The notes below the pieces were generated by a model, which saw only the letters and a program-made list of their open reading frames with translations, was not told the DNA's origin and searched no databases. A stretch of 64,000 nt of DNA from Callorhinchus milii. Lineage: Eukaryota. Shown here in pieces: positions 10,321 through 21,592 of this stretch (position 1 is the stretch's first letter; every line of letters begins with the position of its first letter). The translations under genes and the position numbers were made by a program. The stretch is taken from contig NW_024704743.1 of assembly GCF_018977255.1 (NCBI RefSeq), positions 52,206,001 through 52,270,000 of the forward strand, in the 5' to 3' direction.

Positions 10321-10750
10321 GAGAGAGAGAGAGACCAGGGATAGAGCCTCACACAGTGACAGAGAGAGAGAGACCGGGGCAGAGCCTCAGTCACAGTGAC
10401 AGAGAGAGAGACCGGGGCAGAGCCTCAGTCACAATGACAGAGAGAGAGACCGGGGTAGAGCCTCACACAGTGACAGAGAGAGAGAGACCGGGGCAGAGCC
10501 TCAGTCACAGTGACAGAGAGAGAGAGACCGGGGCAGAGCCTCAGTCACAGAGATAGAGACCGGGGCAGAGCCTCAGTCACAGTGACAGAGCGAGAGAGAC
10601 CGGGGCAGAGCCTCACACAGTGACAGAGAGAGAGAGACCGGGGCAGAGCCTCACACAGTGACAGAGAGAGAGAGAGACCAGGAGCAGAGCCTCAGTCACA
10701 GTGAGAGAGCGAGAGAGAGGCCAGGAGCAGACCCTCAGTCACAGTGAGAG
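10321..10750. repeat. ~40-bp GA-rich minisatellite, right part
   Basis: GACCGGGGCAGAGCCTCAGTCACAGTGACA(GA)n, about 10 units; same family as 9189-9325. Confidence 0.92.
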
Positions 10751-11344
10751 AAAAGGGGAAGATAGGCAATCACCTGACAGCACAGCCAACCTGTCTCCAT
10801 TGCAGGACCAGGAAGGGCAGACTGAGGTCAGGGAATCCAGCCACTCAGCTCCTGTTAACCCTGCAAGCAAAGCTCTAATGGGTAGGGTGGTTCTAGCTGG
10901 ATAAGTAGCAGGAAAGTTTGCCAAACAGTACTATCAATGCAGTTTTAGCTGGTTAGACTCCAGCAGTTCCCCAACACACAACCTGGGGTCCCAAGCCATG
11001 GCTTTTGCCAACCTGCACCTAATACGTTCCGGTATTAGATAAGAAGGATGTGTCCCTCCAGGGAGAGAGAGTGTTTTATTCCAACAATGTATCTCTGGGA
11101 TTTCCATGTGTAAGTGGGATGCATGGAGATCTCAGCTTGGCTCGATACTCTGATGCCCAATAGTGGGCACACATGTGTACAACTAGTAGAGGGTACTTTC
11201 GAGGACCAGGAGGAGACAAGGTTCCTACCTTGTCTAATTTTTCCTTCCCTAACCCTGTGAAGGCTGGGGCCAATTCAGCTTCATGCAGACTTGGTTGAGA
11301 CCAACAAAATCAGCACAGATTTCTCCAGCCCCTGAACAGTATTG

Positions 11345-12306
11345 TGCTGTGTTCCTCAGGGCTATGTCCTTGGCCCTCTCTTCAACTTATATATGCTCCC
11401 TCTTGGTGACATCACCTGCAGACATGGAATCAACTTTCACAAGTATGCTAATGATACCCAACTATCTCTCTGCCTTCACCTTCAATTCCAGGACCATTGC
11501 TGTCCTGACAGAATGTCTATCAGACATCAAGTCCTGGGTGAGAGTTAACTTTCTCCAGTTTAATATCAATACACCCGTTTCCCTCCTGATTGGCTCCTGT
11601 CAGTGCCACCACATCTCAGGCACTGGCAGCATCACCATTCACACTCCACCTCACTGAGCCAGTCAGGAACCTTGACGTCTTGTTTGACCCCCAACTGCCC
11701 CTTCTACCCCACATCCATGCTGTGATCCGCTCTGCCTTCCCCCACCTCCACAACATCGCCCAGTTCCTCCACTGCCTCAACCCTCAGGCCGTTGAAATCC
11801 TCATACATGTGTCCGTCACATCAAGGCTCAACTATGCCAACTCCCTGCTTGTCGGCCTTACCAACTCTTCCTTCCACAAGCTACAGATACTTCAGAACTG
11901 CAGTTCATGTCCTCTCCCGAACCAGACTTCATGACCCCATCACCCCCACCCTCGCCTGGCTCCACTGGCTCTCCATCCCCCAGAGGATAAAGTTCAAAAT
12001 CCTCATCCTCGCCTTTGAGGCCCTCCACGTCCTTACCCCTTTCTACCTTTGTGACCTACTAACCCCATATCAACCTGTCCGCTACTTCCACTCAGCAGGC
12101 TCCGGCCTGCTCCATGTCCATGGCCCGCCTCGCTCCCTCCCTCGCCTCCTTCAAGGCACACCTCAAGACCCTCATCTTCGACGACGCTTTCGTCCACCCT
12201 CCACCCTCCCTGATCCCAACCACCCCGGCTCAGGTCCAAATCCCTGACTGTCCAGCACCTTGGGACGTCCTCCTGACATGAAGGGCGCTATCCAAATGTA
12301 ATTTTG
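11345..12306 (+). mobile_element. L2 LINE 3' ~1 kb
   Basis: [43 protein letters not shown]; 3' stem-loop tail. Confidence 0.95.
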
Positions 12307-13318
12307 TAATGTTTTATATATCAGTGTTTTTCATTTTTATTTAAAACTGTGCCCCTTTTGTCTGATGGTTTCTGCTCAAGTAACCCTTTACAATTTTCGC
12401 TCTGAATGGTACTGCAGTTGCAACAAAATGCAGAATAATCTAGTTGATTGACATGCACTTGAACCAGTGAAACCGCAAAGCTGCAGCAAAGTCGATGCCT
12501 CCCTCCGCTCACCCATTGAGCTTGCAGAGGGGAGGGGCAGGAATTTGGCTGAGTGGCACCTCACAGGGATAGCCCCCCCCCCCCCCCATTGAAATTCCAT
12601 AGACTCGGGGAACCCACTATCACCCTTAGAAATACCTCTTTGAGTATACAGAGAGGGGTGAAGATGTGGAATGCACTGTCCAGGAAATTAGTGACGGACG
12701 ATTGAGTCAGAAAATTCAAGAGAGAATTCAATTAAGGTGGGAGAGAGGAAATCAGTTTTGTTTTTAGTATTTTATATTTAGACGGGTCAATGGGTCAGGA
12801 CTGGGAGGGATATTTTTTGTCTCTGTACATCCCTATTTCTTTGTCAGGGTTCAAAATACTGCAGTTTACAGGAGGAAGATGAGGATGTTTACAATCTTCA
12901 GGATCTTAGAGAAGAATGTATAAGTGCAGCGAGTCTTTATTCAGCATAACTACAGGATCGTAAGAAGCTGGGCAGTCACATTGGAAGTGGCGTGCGGAGT
13001 GAGCCAATGACCCGAAAGTAGGACAGGCTTTCACTGATTCATTATAATGTAGCATTTCGCCTTGAGAACTTTGAGACATCTCCACGTGTGATAAGTCGCT
13101 GTATCAAATGCAAGCATTATTATTATATCATTTTATGCACCTGAAACATTGAGTCTTACCCTATAGTATATTTAGATTAAAAGCCTCAAGTGAAATTAGC
13201 TGGCAGGATCACTTTGATTCATTGATGTTTATAAGAAAAAATAAATTACAAGGGTCTGTGAATGACAAATTGGTGATTGTTTCTAAAGCATGTACATTTT
13301 ATTCCAGTTTCTAACAGG

Positions 13319-13669
13319 ATGGCCTCCTCTTTTGTGAAGAATCTCCTCCAGGTGATCAGCAAACCTTTGTGGCAGCTGAACAGAAACTCAATGCTCCATT
13401 CGCCATCTGTCTCCTCTGTGGTATACAGATGTTTGAGCACTGCAGTGACAATGAAACCCAACATTTGGCCAGGTCCGTATGAGGTTGTCAGACCTGCCGC
13501 TGTCACATTTCTTGGACCAAATCAACTGCAATCCGTGCAACAAAGCGTAGGAATGAAAACAAAGACTGCCTTAAAGAAACGCTGCAAAGACTGTTTCTTT
13601 GTGCGTAGGCGAGGACACATGTTTGTGTACTGCAAGACCCACCCCAGGCACAAACAAAGGCAAGGCTGA
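13319..13669 (+). CDS. MRPL36: Mitochondrial ribosomal protein L36 (bL36m), 116 aa, single coding exon
   Basis: C-terminal [38 protein letters not shown] is the bL36 zinc ribbon (CxxC...C...H), preceded by a long presequence. Acceptors ttttattccag (13307) and ctaacag (13317) lie just before the ATG. Head to head with NDUFS6 as in human. Confidence 0.97.
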   Translation: MASSFVKNLLQVISKPLWQLNRNSMLHSPSVSSVVYRCLSTAVTMKPNIWPGPYEVVRPAAVTFLGPNQLQSVQQSVGMKTKTALKKRCKDCFFVRRRGHMFVYCKTHPRHKQRQG

Positions 13670-13767
13670 CCTGAGAAGATGGTGTGAGCCAATTTAATTT
13701 GAACTTTAATTATCACAAATCACAATGTGGAAATTGATGTATAAGCAATGTCGAATTTTGTAATTTC

Positions 13768-13822
13768 ATTAAATAAAAACCTGTTAAGTCAACCTTGTCT
13801 TGTTTTTTCCTCTTTGAATAAA
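13768..13822 (+). terminator. MRPL36 polyadenylation signals
   Basis: ATTAAA/AATAAA at 13768-13777 followed by a T/GT-rich tract (13795-13815); a second AATAAA at 13817-13822. Confidence 0.7.
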
Positions 13823-14384
13823 TACTATCAATGTAATTTCTAATTTTACAGATAATTAACCTCTATTTAGGTTTGAATAAATGGTATTCTGAGTGATCTT
13901 AATGTACTGCTGTGCTTTGTTTTTGGTAGGAAGATAGTCTCAAATGTGTGGCAGTTCAAATGAAGCATATCAAATAGATGAGGTTCAAGTAGGTATTTCT
14001 ACAAAATATTTTATTTTAATAATTAATTTCAAATATGTATTACTTGGATCAAAAATCAGTACTATTGCTCTTATTCTAGACTAACTACATTTCGTAACTG
14101 CGCAGGTCGTTTCCCCTGTAAACGTGTGCACAGACTTTCAATCCTTGCTGCATGGGTGTCTGAATGAGTTGTAGTAAATTAATTCTACATGATGTGGTCC
14201 CATGACACTCCACCAAACTCTGTCCACATGGTACAGTCTAGAAACTTATCGAACTAATGTAAGACACCAATTCCACAGTGGAATTTCAATGAAAGATCCA
14301 TTATAATACTAACATTTAGTGTCAAAAGACTCATTTTAGAGGTGAATCTATGAAGTTCTGTAAGAAACTTAACAAGATTAAATT

Positions 14385-14530
14385 ACAACAAAATTACATT
14401 TGTATAGCGCCTTTCACGTCAGGAGCACATCCCAAGACTGGACAATCAGTGTTTCAGACCCAAGTTGGGGGTTGGGGAGGTTGGAGGGCAGGGGGGGAAG
14501 GAGGGTGACCGAAGGATGGTCGAAGAGGAG
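14385..14530 (-). mobile_element. L2 3' UTR fragment
   Basis: Reverse tail ACATTTGTATAGCGCCTTTCACGTC and UTR similar to 56298-56470. Confidence 0.8.
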
Positions 14531-15559
14531 TTAAACTTAAAATTAACAATTAAACCCAGAACAATACTTTCAGAGCTACCCAATTCTGATTGACCTAGAC
14601 AGCAGGATAGAAAGGCATAAGTTCAGGGTTATGAAGGACACATTTAGACAGACTAAGCATCTTTACAAGCTGGAGATAATCACTCGGAAAGGTGGTTTGA
14701 GGCCAGGAAGATGGTCTCAATTAACCCTTGATGCTGTAATGGAGTGGTTGTAGTTTGTTATAGAGGAAGGGTGAGATAAAATGACCTGAACGCCCACCCG
14801 AAATGAAAGGCGCGATATAAATGTAAATTTTTATACACAATAAATATTAGACATTGAGTCAATTTTCCCCTTTGGATCACTTAATAGAGTATTCTTCAGA
14901 TTAAACTGTTGCAAAATATGAGCCATATAACTTATTATGTGAACAAAGCAGCTGTTGCAGGATTTGGTCCTGTACGTTTTGAGAGTAATTGTTTTTCATG
15001 TGCGAGTTTAACTAGCCAGTGGGCTCTTTTTCCTTTAACTTGAGGGCTGGGGAGGTGGGGGTGGATGAGAAATCACATCTGAGTTTGATCCTGTCTTCAC
15101 CTGGTTTCCACATGTACTGCCCACGGGGTCTGCTGGAGAGCAATTAGGAGTGGGAACAATAGCTGATTTCCATCCCCCCCACCTCGCTTGAGGGCCAAAT
15201 GTTGCTGCCAGCCTGCGTGAGGTTGGAGAGCTCAGTACAAAGCAGGGAGTTGCAACATCTTTAGGAAGAAAATAAATTTGTATTTCTAACTGGTACAAGT
15301 CAGGGCACCACATAAACATATTGCTCAAAGCTTATAAAAGCACCACATGTGACAGAGAATTCCAGGAACTGTAACAGTTGCATTCAGGAGGGTGAACCCA
15401 TACCAAGCTGTATTTTTTTAAATCTTTATATGGTGTGGTTAATTTATTACAGTGTTACTTGAAGGAAAAGGTGGTTGTAATACATATCACTTAACTTTCC
15501 ATTTCCTCCCTTTTGTGTTTACCCCTTTTCAAGCTACAACATGACACATCACATAATTT

Positions 15560-16157
15560 TGCTTGTTCAGGTAAACGTTAAAGATCCTATGGCACTATTC
15601 GAAAAGAGAAGGGAGTTTCTCCCGGTGTCCTAGCCAACAAATCCCCCAAATAAAATTGTTCACTCACCGAATGGCTGGTTCTGGGATATCGCTGTGTGCA
15701 ACTGGCTGCCGCATTTTGTCCACAAAATAAATAGTTAATACACTTTACAGTAGAGTGGAGTCCTGTAGCTCAGTGGGTAGAGCACTTGCCTTGCAAGCGA
15801 GACACCTGGGTTCAATTCCAGGTAGGGTGAAACCTTGGACAAGTTTTCTTACTCCACACGCCTAATAATCCTTCCAAAACAAAACAATAATAAATTAATC
15901 ATTCTCAATCCATGACTATTTGTGGGACACTGCTGTGCGCAATTGGCTGCCGCACTTCACCCAGAAATATACAGTCAATTCACTTCACAGTCTATTCTGT
16001 GAAGCACTTTCAGATGTTGAGAAGATGTGAAAAGCGCTATATCAAATGCAAGGATTATTATTAGATCCTGTGAAGTGCTTTGAGACGTCTCAATGACGTG
16101 ATAAAATGACGTGATAAGGTGCTGATTCAAATGCAAGGATTATTACTGTTATTATTA
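15560..16157 (+). mobile_element. Deu-domain SINE 3' part (host of a nested SINE)
   Basis: GTTCAGGTAAACGTTAAAGATCCTATGGCACTATTCGAAAAGAGAAGGGAGTTTCTCCCGGTGTCC core and an ATT tail. Confidence 0.85.
15755..16061 (+). mobile_element. tRNA(Ala-like) SINE nested in a Deu-SINE
   Basis: Full-length; TAGA duplicated at 15751-15754 and 16062-16065; the host SINE resumes at 16062. Confidence 0.92.
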
Positions 16158-16427
16158 AAGACCATTACATAAAGCCATAGCTTGATACTGGAATAGCTGT
16201 ACAGGGATAGCTCCCTTATGTCACGATGACCAGAACTGCAGGCAGTTCTCAAAATGCAGCCTGACCAGAGCACTAAACCTTGAGAATAAATTTGCTTAAT
16301 TCTAACAATTTTTATTTGGAAGAGAATCTTTTGTTTAAAATATGTTCATTTTGTACCCATATCAACTAGTTCTCTGCTCAAGAACTAGGTTAGTTAAATT
16401 ATATGCCAATATCTCATCTTATCTGTT

Positions 16428-16750
16428 AGGTGTCAGCCTGGCTCATCTCTGGTTCAGATGGTTGTGGTTTCATGCTCACATCAGGACTTTGACTCATATA
16501 GTTTAGGCTGACACGCCAGTGTAGTGCTGAGAAAGCTCTGCATAATGATAATAATAATCCCTGCATTTGATATAGCATCTTATCACGTCTTCGAGACATC
16601 TCAAAGTGCTTCACAGAATGCATTCTTGGAGGTGCTGTGCTTCAGATGAAATGTTAAACTAAGGTCCTGTCTGCCTGCTCAGGTGAACATTAGATCCTTT
16701 GGCATGCCTTGAAAAGAGGAAGGAGTTTCTCCTGTTGTCCTAGTCAATAG
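16428..16750 (+). mobile_element. Deu-domain SINE interrupted by an antisense SINE tail (16545-16620)
   Basis: Head GTGTCAGCCTGGCTCA...; the core resumes at GGAGGTGCTGTGCTTCAGATGAAATGTTAAAC. Confidence 0.8.
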
Positions 16751-19700
16751 CTACTGCATTGAAATTCTTGTTTCTTTGTTGGTTGCTACCAAGGATAAAA
16801 AACTCCAAGGACAGCAATTGTTGCAGCACAGCAAGGCTGAATGGATGTCAATGCCAATCAGGATTTATATTGTTCTATAAGTGGTATTGTCTCTGGGATA
16901 ACTGAGACTCACCTGGATGTGCTGGTGGAACTAGAAGATATTCAGTCATTCAGAGTAGTGACAGTCAATTTAGCAGGAGAATATACCTAATAGAGACAAT
17001 ACCTCCCAGATACCGGTTTCTCAGACATATTGGTAGCCAGCAGATGGTTCTCTTATTGTGACGCACCTGACTCTTAAATCTAATCTCTGCAGGGAATGTG
17101 AGCCTCTGTTGTCAATTGCAGGAGGCTGAAGCAGATCCAACAAAAGCTATGCTATATGTGGCATGTGAGGCACTCTTGAAAGAAAAAACTCATAGTCCAC
17201 CAAAGGGAAGTGCCTTTACACATAGGAGTCACCTGAACATTGTCCCAACATCAGTAACACCTTGAATGCCTGCTTCCTTCTTCCCTTTGAGAATTTGGGC
17301 ATACTCTTGTGGGATATCAAAGTCAAAGGTTTAAAAAATTTGAGCATTCTTTTGTCAACGATTCATTTGTAGGTAATGAGACCTAGTATTTTATTTTTAG
17401 CACACTGGCTTTCTGATCACAGTTCTGGCATGGCAATGCAGCATAGTACTGCTTTACTGAAATGCTGCAAAGTTCTTTGTAGGCTTAACGTGAGGCATAA
17501 GCCATATATTTGGAGTTAGCTAATGTATCAGCAAAGAATTTGGCTCTTATACAATTAGGTCTGCAATGGTTGAGAGTTTCTATGTGATTGTTTATTCCAT
17601 TTAAAGTTTCTGTGTACAAACAAAGCTCTTGGTTGCTTTACTAAAGAGCAATGTTACAGTTTCATTGACCACCAATGATGAACCTGGAGCTAAAATAATG
17701 CGAAACATGCATCCACATAAAAATGTATTTAAGGTGCGTACCCTCTGACTGGTAGTGATTAACATTGTGATTGTTTTGTAGGTAACTCGTATTTTTTGTT
17801 CTCTGGAACATTATAGATGATACCTGCAGGGTTGTAGCTTTCTGCAGAAAAGATGTGAGATTAAGAAGTTATTCTCTGCCATTGAGTTATAGGAAGTAAA
17901 TATCAGTTTGAGGTAACAATAAGTACCTGTAAAACAGAGCTACCGAAAAGACTTGATCAAATGACATTATTAAACTCCCAAATCTAATCAATGCACAGCA
18001 GATTTAAATTAATGTATCTGATTTATGTTGAATGCATAAGACAATTGAATCAGCCCATATTTGCCCTGATATCAAATCATCCAAGGATCATTTTTCTATG
18101 TAATTATTTTTAACGGAAACCTGCTAAACGATTATTATATTTTCACAGTCACAGACAAAATATATAGTTTATGAGATAATACAATCCTTCATTTATTTAA
18201 ATGTTTAGCAATATGACACTACCTTTACATTTGTAAAGCAAATCAATGCTGATATTCAAAAATAAATTAGTGTGCATTTAAAAAACTACACTGTAATTAA
18301 GCTTTACATTTTTAAATATATAATTTAAGGAATAATACTGAAAGGTATAGGCATAGATGGAAAATAAAGTAAATAGAGGCCGATTTTGCCTAAAGGAATT
18401 TCTTACCTGGTACTTGGGGATAGATGATGTTGTCAAACCAACCCAAGAAAAAATGCTCTGAAAACAGATCAAGTTGGAACATTTCCACAAATCAGCATCA
18501 TTGGTTCCTGCATTTCCTAATTGAGAAAGGATGTTAAAAAATAATGCCAAATTAACCTCATCATCACATCCCATCACATTGGAGTGTCAGACTAGACAAT
18601 GTGAATTCAAAGTCCCAATGTGAGGCTTGAACTCACCTTTTGACTCACAGGTAAGAGTGCACCAAACTGAGCAAGACTGATACCTGCATGTTTAACCAAA
18701 TGAACCTGACCACATATTATATAAACAACAAAATGTTATTTCTGATTGAGTCCACAAGTCATTTTGATGTGATATTGCACCCAAATTCATAACATTCTGT
18801 TATAAAAGAGTGTATAATTTAGGGATTTTAAAAGTTCATTTTTAAGTGGTCATTTTATATAACTTAAACAAAGACACTTTAATTAAATTAGTCATTTTTT
18901 TGTGATTAAGCATGTGATTAAGTAAAAGTATGGCAATTACATGTAATAATTTGTGGAATTAATGGGCAGTGTGTTTGAATGTGAATTGTGTCATTTGCTA
19001 CTTTAAAGACTCTGCAATTATATTTTTTATAATTTCTTGTCCCAGCGCCTTGCGACATCCTCTCGACGTGAAAGGCACTTTACAAATGTAATTTTGTTGT
19101 TGTTGTTTCAATCTATCATTCTGCTTTTAGTTATTTTTGTTGTTGCCTTTTTCCAAGATTCAAATTGGGAAAAGTGAGAACAGATATAACGGTTATGTAG
19201 TACATTTTGGTCTTGCTGCAAATTGTCCTGTGAGAAAGTAGTATTATGGTGCAGTAATACTGCTGCTTTCCAATTGAATAAAACTTCTTCTACTCTGTTA
19301 TTTAGCCCCAAGCTCAGGAAAAAAACTCAAGAATGGATAGCAAGTGTAACACGTGCACTGTTACTTTATTCCAAACTAACAATTTCTGTGAAGAGAGCAT
19401 TACCTGTACACAATGATACAGGTAATGCTTATTACCTGTAACATTGGGTACAGGGAAATAAGTATATTCTTTCTATTCTCATTATGTTCCATTATTAGTT
19501 TATGTGTACTGTTGGAAGCAGAGGTCACCGTTAAAATTAAATCCTCTCCGGATATTGGTGACCCACAGCAGTTTTAATATCCGGATTACTTACAGAAAAT
19601 GCTCTGAAGACTCTGAAGATTACCCCTAAAAATGTATTGAACGAAGCATACTTGCACTTCGAGCTCCTCCTACAGGTCTTACAGCATCATTGTGCTGTTT

Positions 19701-21333
19701 TCCCCTGCATATAAGTACAGTATATTCTTACAATGAAGAGTAAATACATAGAGGGCATGTAATTTAACGGTTAAATTTCAAGTACTTTTAATATTTAACC
19801 ATGACCAGGATAATCTCATAATTTATGAGGGGCGGTTGCTTCATTAATAGATGTACAATTCTGTGAAAAATGGGCTTGTAATTTGCTATGTTGCTTGTTA
19901 CTCAAGAGTGGATTGCTGTTCCGAAAAACAAAAGTGTATTTGTTTTGCTCTGGGATGTATTCCAAATGAAATCTAACAGATTCAGTGTGTTTGTGTTTAT
20001 TGTTTGAGAGGGTCTGCGTCATAGATAATATTTTCACAAGACTAATAAAGTCAATGTTATCCCAACCTTACATGAATCAGCAAGAAAGGTACCATTAGAA
20101 GATACCAAAGCAGAAATAGCGTTGAAATTGTAAAACTTCAGTCTGTAGCACAAAGTGCACATCAGAACCATTTCTGTTCTACTTCTAAGGTCTTTGTATA
20201 CTGATAACTGAGATGAAGAAAGATATTCTAGAAATAACAATTAGAAGCAGTTAGACCTTAGCAATTTACAGAGCAGAAGGAGGCCATTTGGCCCATCGAG
20301 TCTGATCCTTCCAACCTCGCTGTACTAAATTGGTAGATTCTCCCCTCTTGGTCAGAAGCTGACATATTTAGGGAGACAAATTTGAATGAGAAATATACCA
20401 GAAGAGTTTGAAATAGAAGAGGAGCTCCAATTATTCTGTGCTTCCCAAGAACAACAACATCCACTCATTCCCTCCATGCCTGAAGTGTTCTCTCATTCCA
20501 TCTCAAATCCTGTTGGTATATCTCTCACTCAAAACTCCTCTCCTTAAATGTTGTCAGTTTCTGACCCAGAGGGGAGAATGCTACCAACTGAGCCAGTTAT
20601 TTCAGTTACTTATAATGTCATGCTCAGTAACATCTTCCAGCTTGCAACCTTTTTTAATTGCTGTATCACTACTGAAATTAATTCAGATTAGTTCCTGTAG
20701 GTTTTAAGAGACATCTGTCTATCTCCCTAACATTGGTAAACTGAATTGCTTTACCTATGTACATTATTCAATGTCCTGATCAACGTTCCCCCAAATAAAA
20801 TTGGTCGCTCACTGCCACGTTTGTCTTACAAAAAACAGTCATTGCACTTTACAGTATATCCTGCGAAGTACTTTGAGACAACCTCAGGTGCTATATCAAA
20901 TGCAAGGATTAATATAGTTCATTTATAATTATTACTGTTGTCTGCTTTATCCACTGCCAGTAACAAATACTATAAGACTATAATTTGTCAGTATATAATC
21001 ATAGTGGATGATAGACATCTCAGTTGATGGTAATTCAATTGAGGATATGTTAGGAACGTAGGAATTGCTAGACGAAAAAGCCATTAACCATCTAGTTTGC
21101 TTTCTACCATTGCATGCTACAATAATGGAAATGATGATAGCAATTAATTTTGTATGGGTTTGTCTACAACAAAGTGGAAAGCTTTGCTATCTTAGATCTA
21201 AAGTTGCCTAGTTCTTTTAAGCATCCTACACTTGTCATGTATCCAATCACTCATATACTGTATCCCAAAATATTATTTTCTAAAAGCAATCTATCTAATT
21301 TGCATTTTAATGAATAGAATATGTTTTCTGCAC

Positions 21334-21592
21334 CCTGGCAATCTGCTGAAGATTATGCCTGTGAATCTTTGGCAGTCCACGAGAATTGTGGCTTTTAGTT
21401 CTGGTGGGCGCCATGTGTCCTAAATTCCGGCAGTCGAGTGTCTAGGATGCTTCCTAGTTTTTGGCACTCTGATGGTCAGCAGGTGTCTGAGTTCCTGATA
21501 ATATACTAGTCAGTATGCATCCTAGATTCTGGCAGTCTAATGGTTGATATGTGCCTTAGTGCTTGGCAAATGAATGCTAATATGCATCTGAG
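21334..21592. repeat. Highly decayed ~34-bp minisatellite
   Basis: Recurring CTGGCAGTCT...ATG(T/C)(G/A)TCCTAG-like units. Confidence 0.55.

Noticed and set aside
13277..13318. 14-aa N-terminal extension of the MRPL36 ORF; bacterial rpmJ call
   Set aside because: The ORF-track start is a TTG upstream of the splice acceptor. The presequence, intron and NDUFS6 linkage show this is nuclear MRPL36.
16780..17400. Moderately GC-rich unique-looking stretch, possibly an old element or pseudogene (similar uncertainty at 1100-1330 and 10760-11330)
   Set aside because: No motif, ORF or second copy I could identify by eye.
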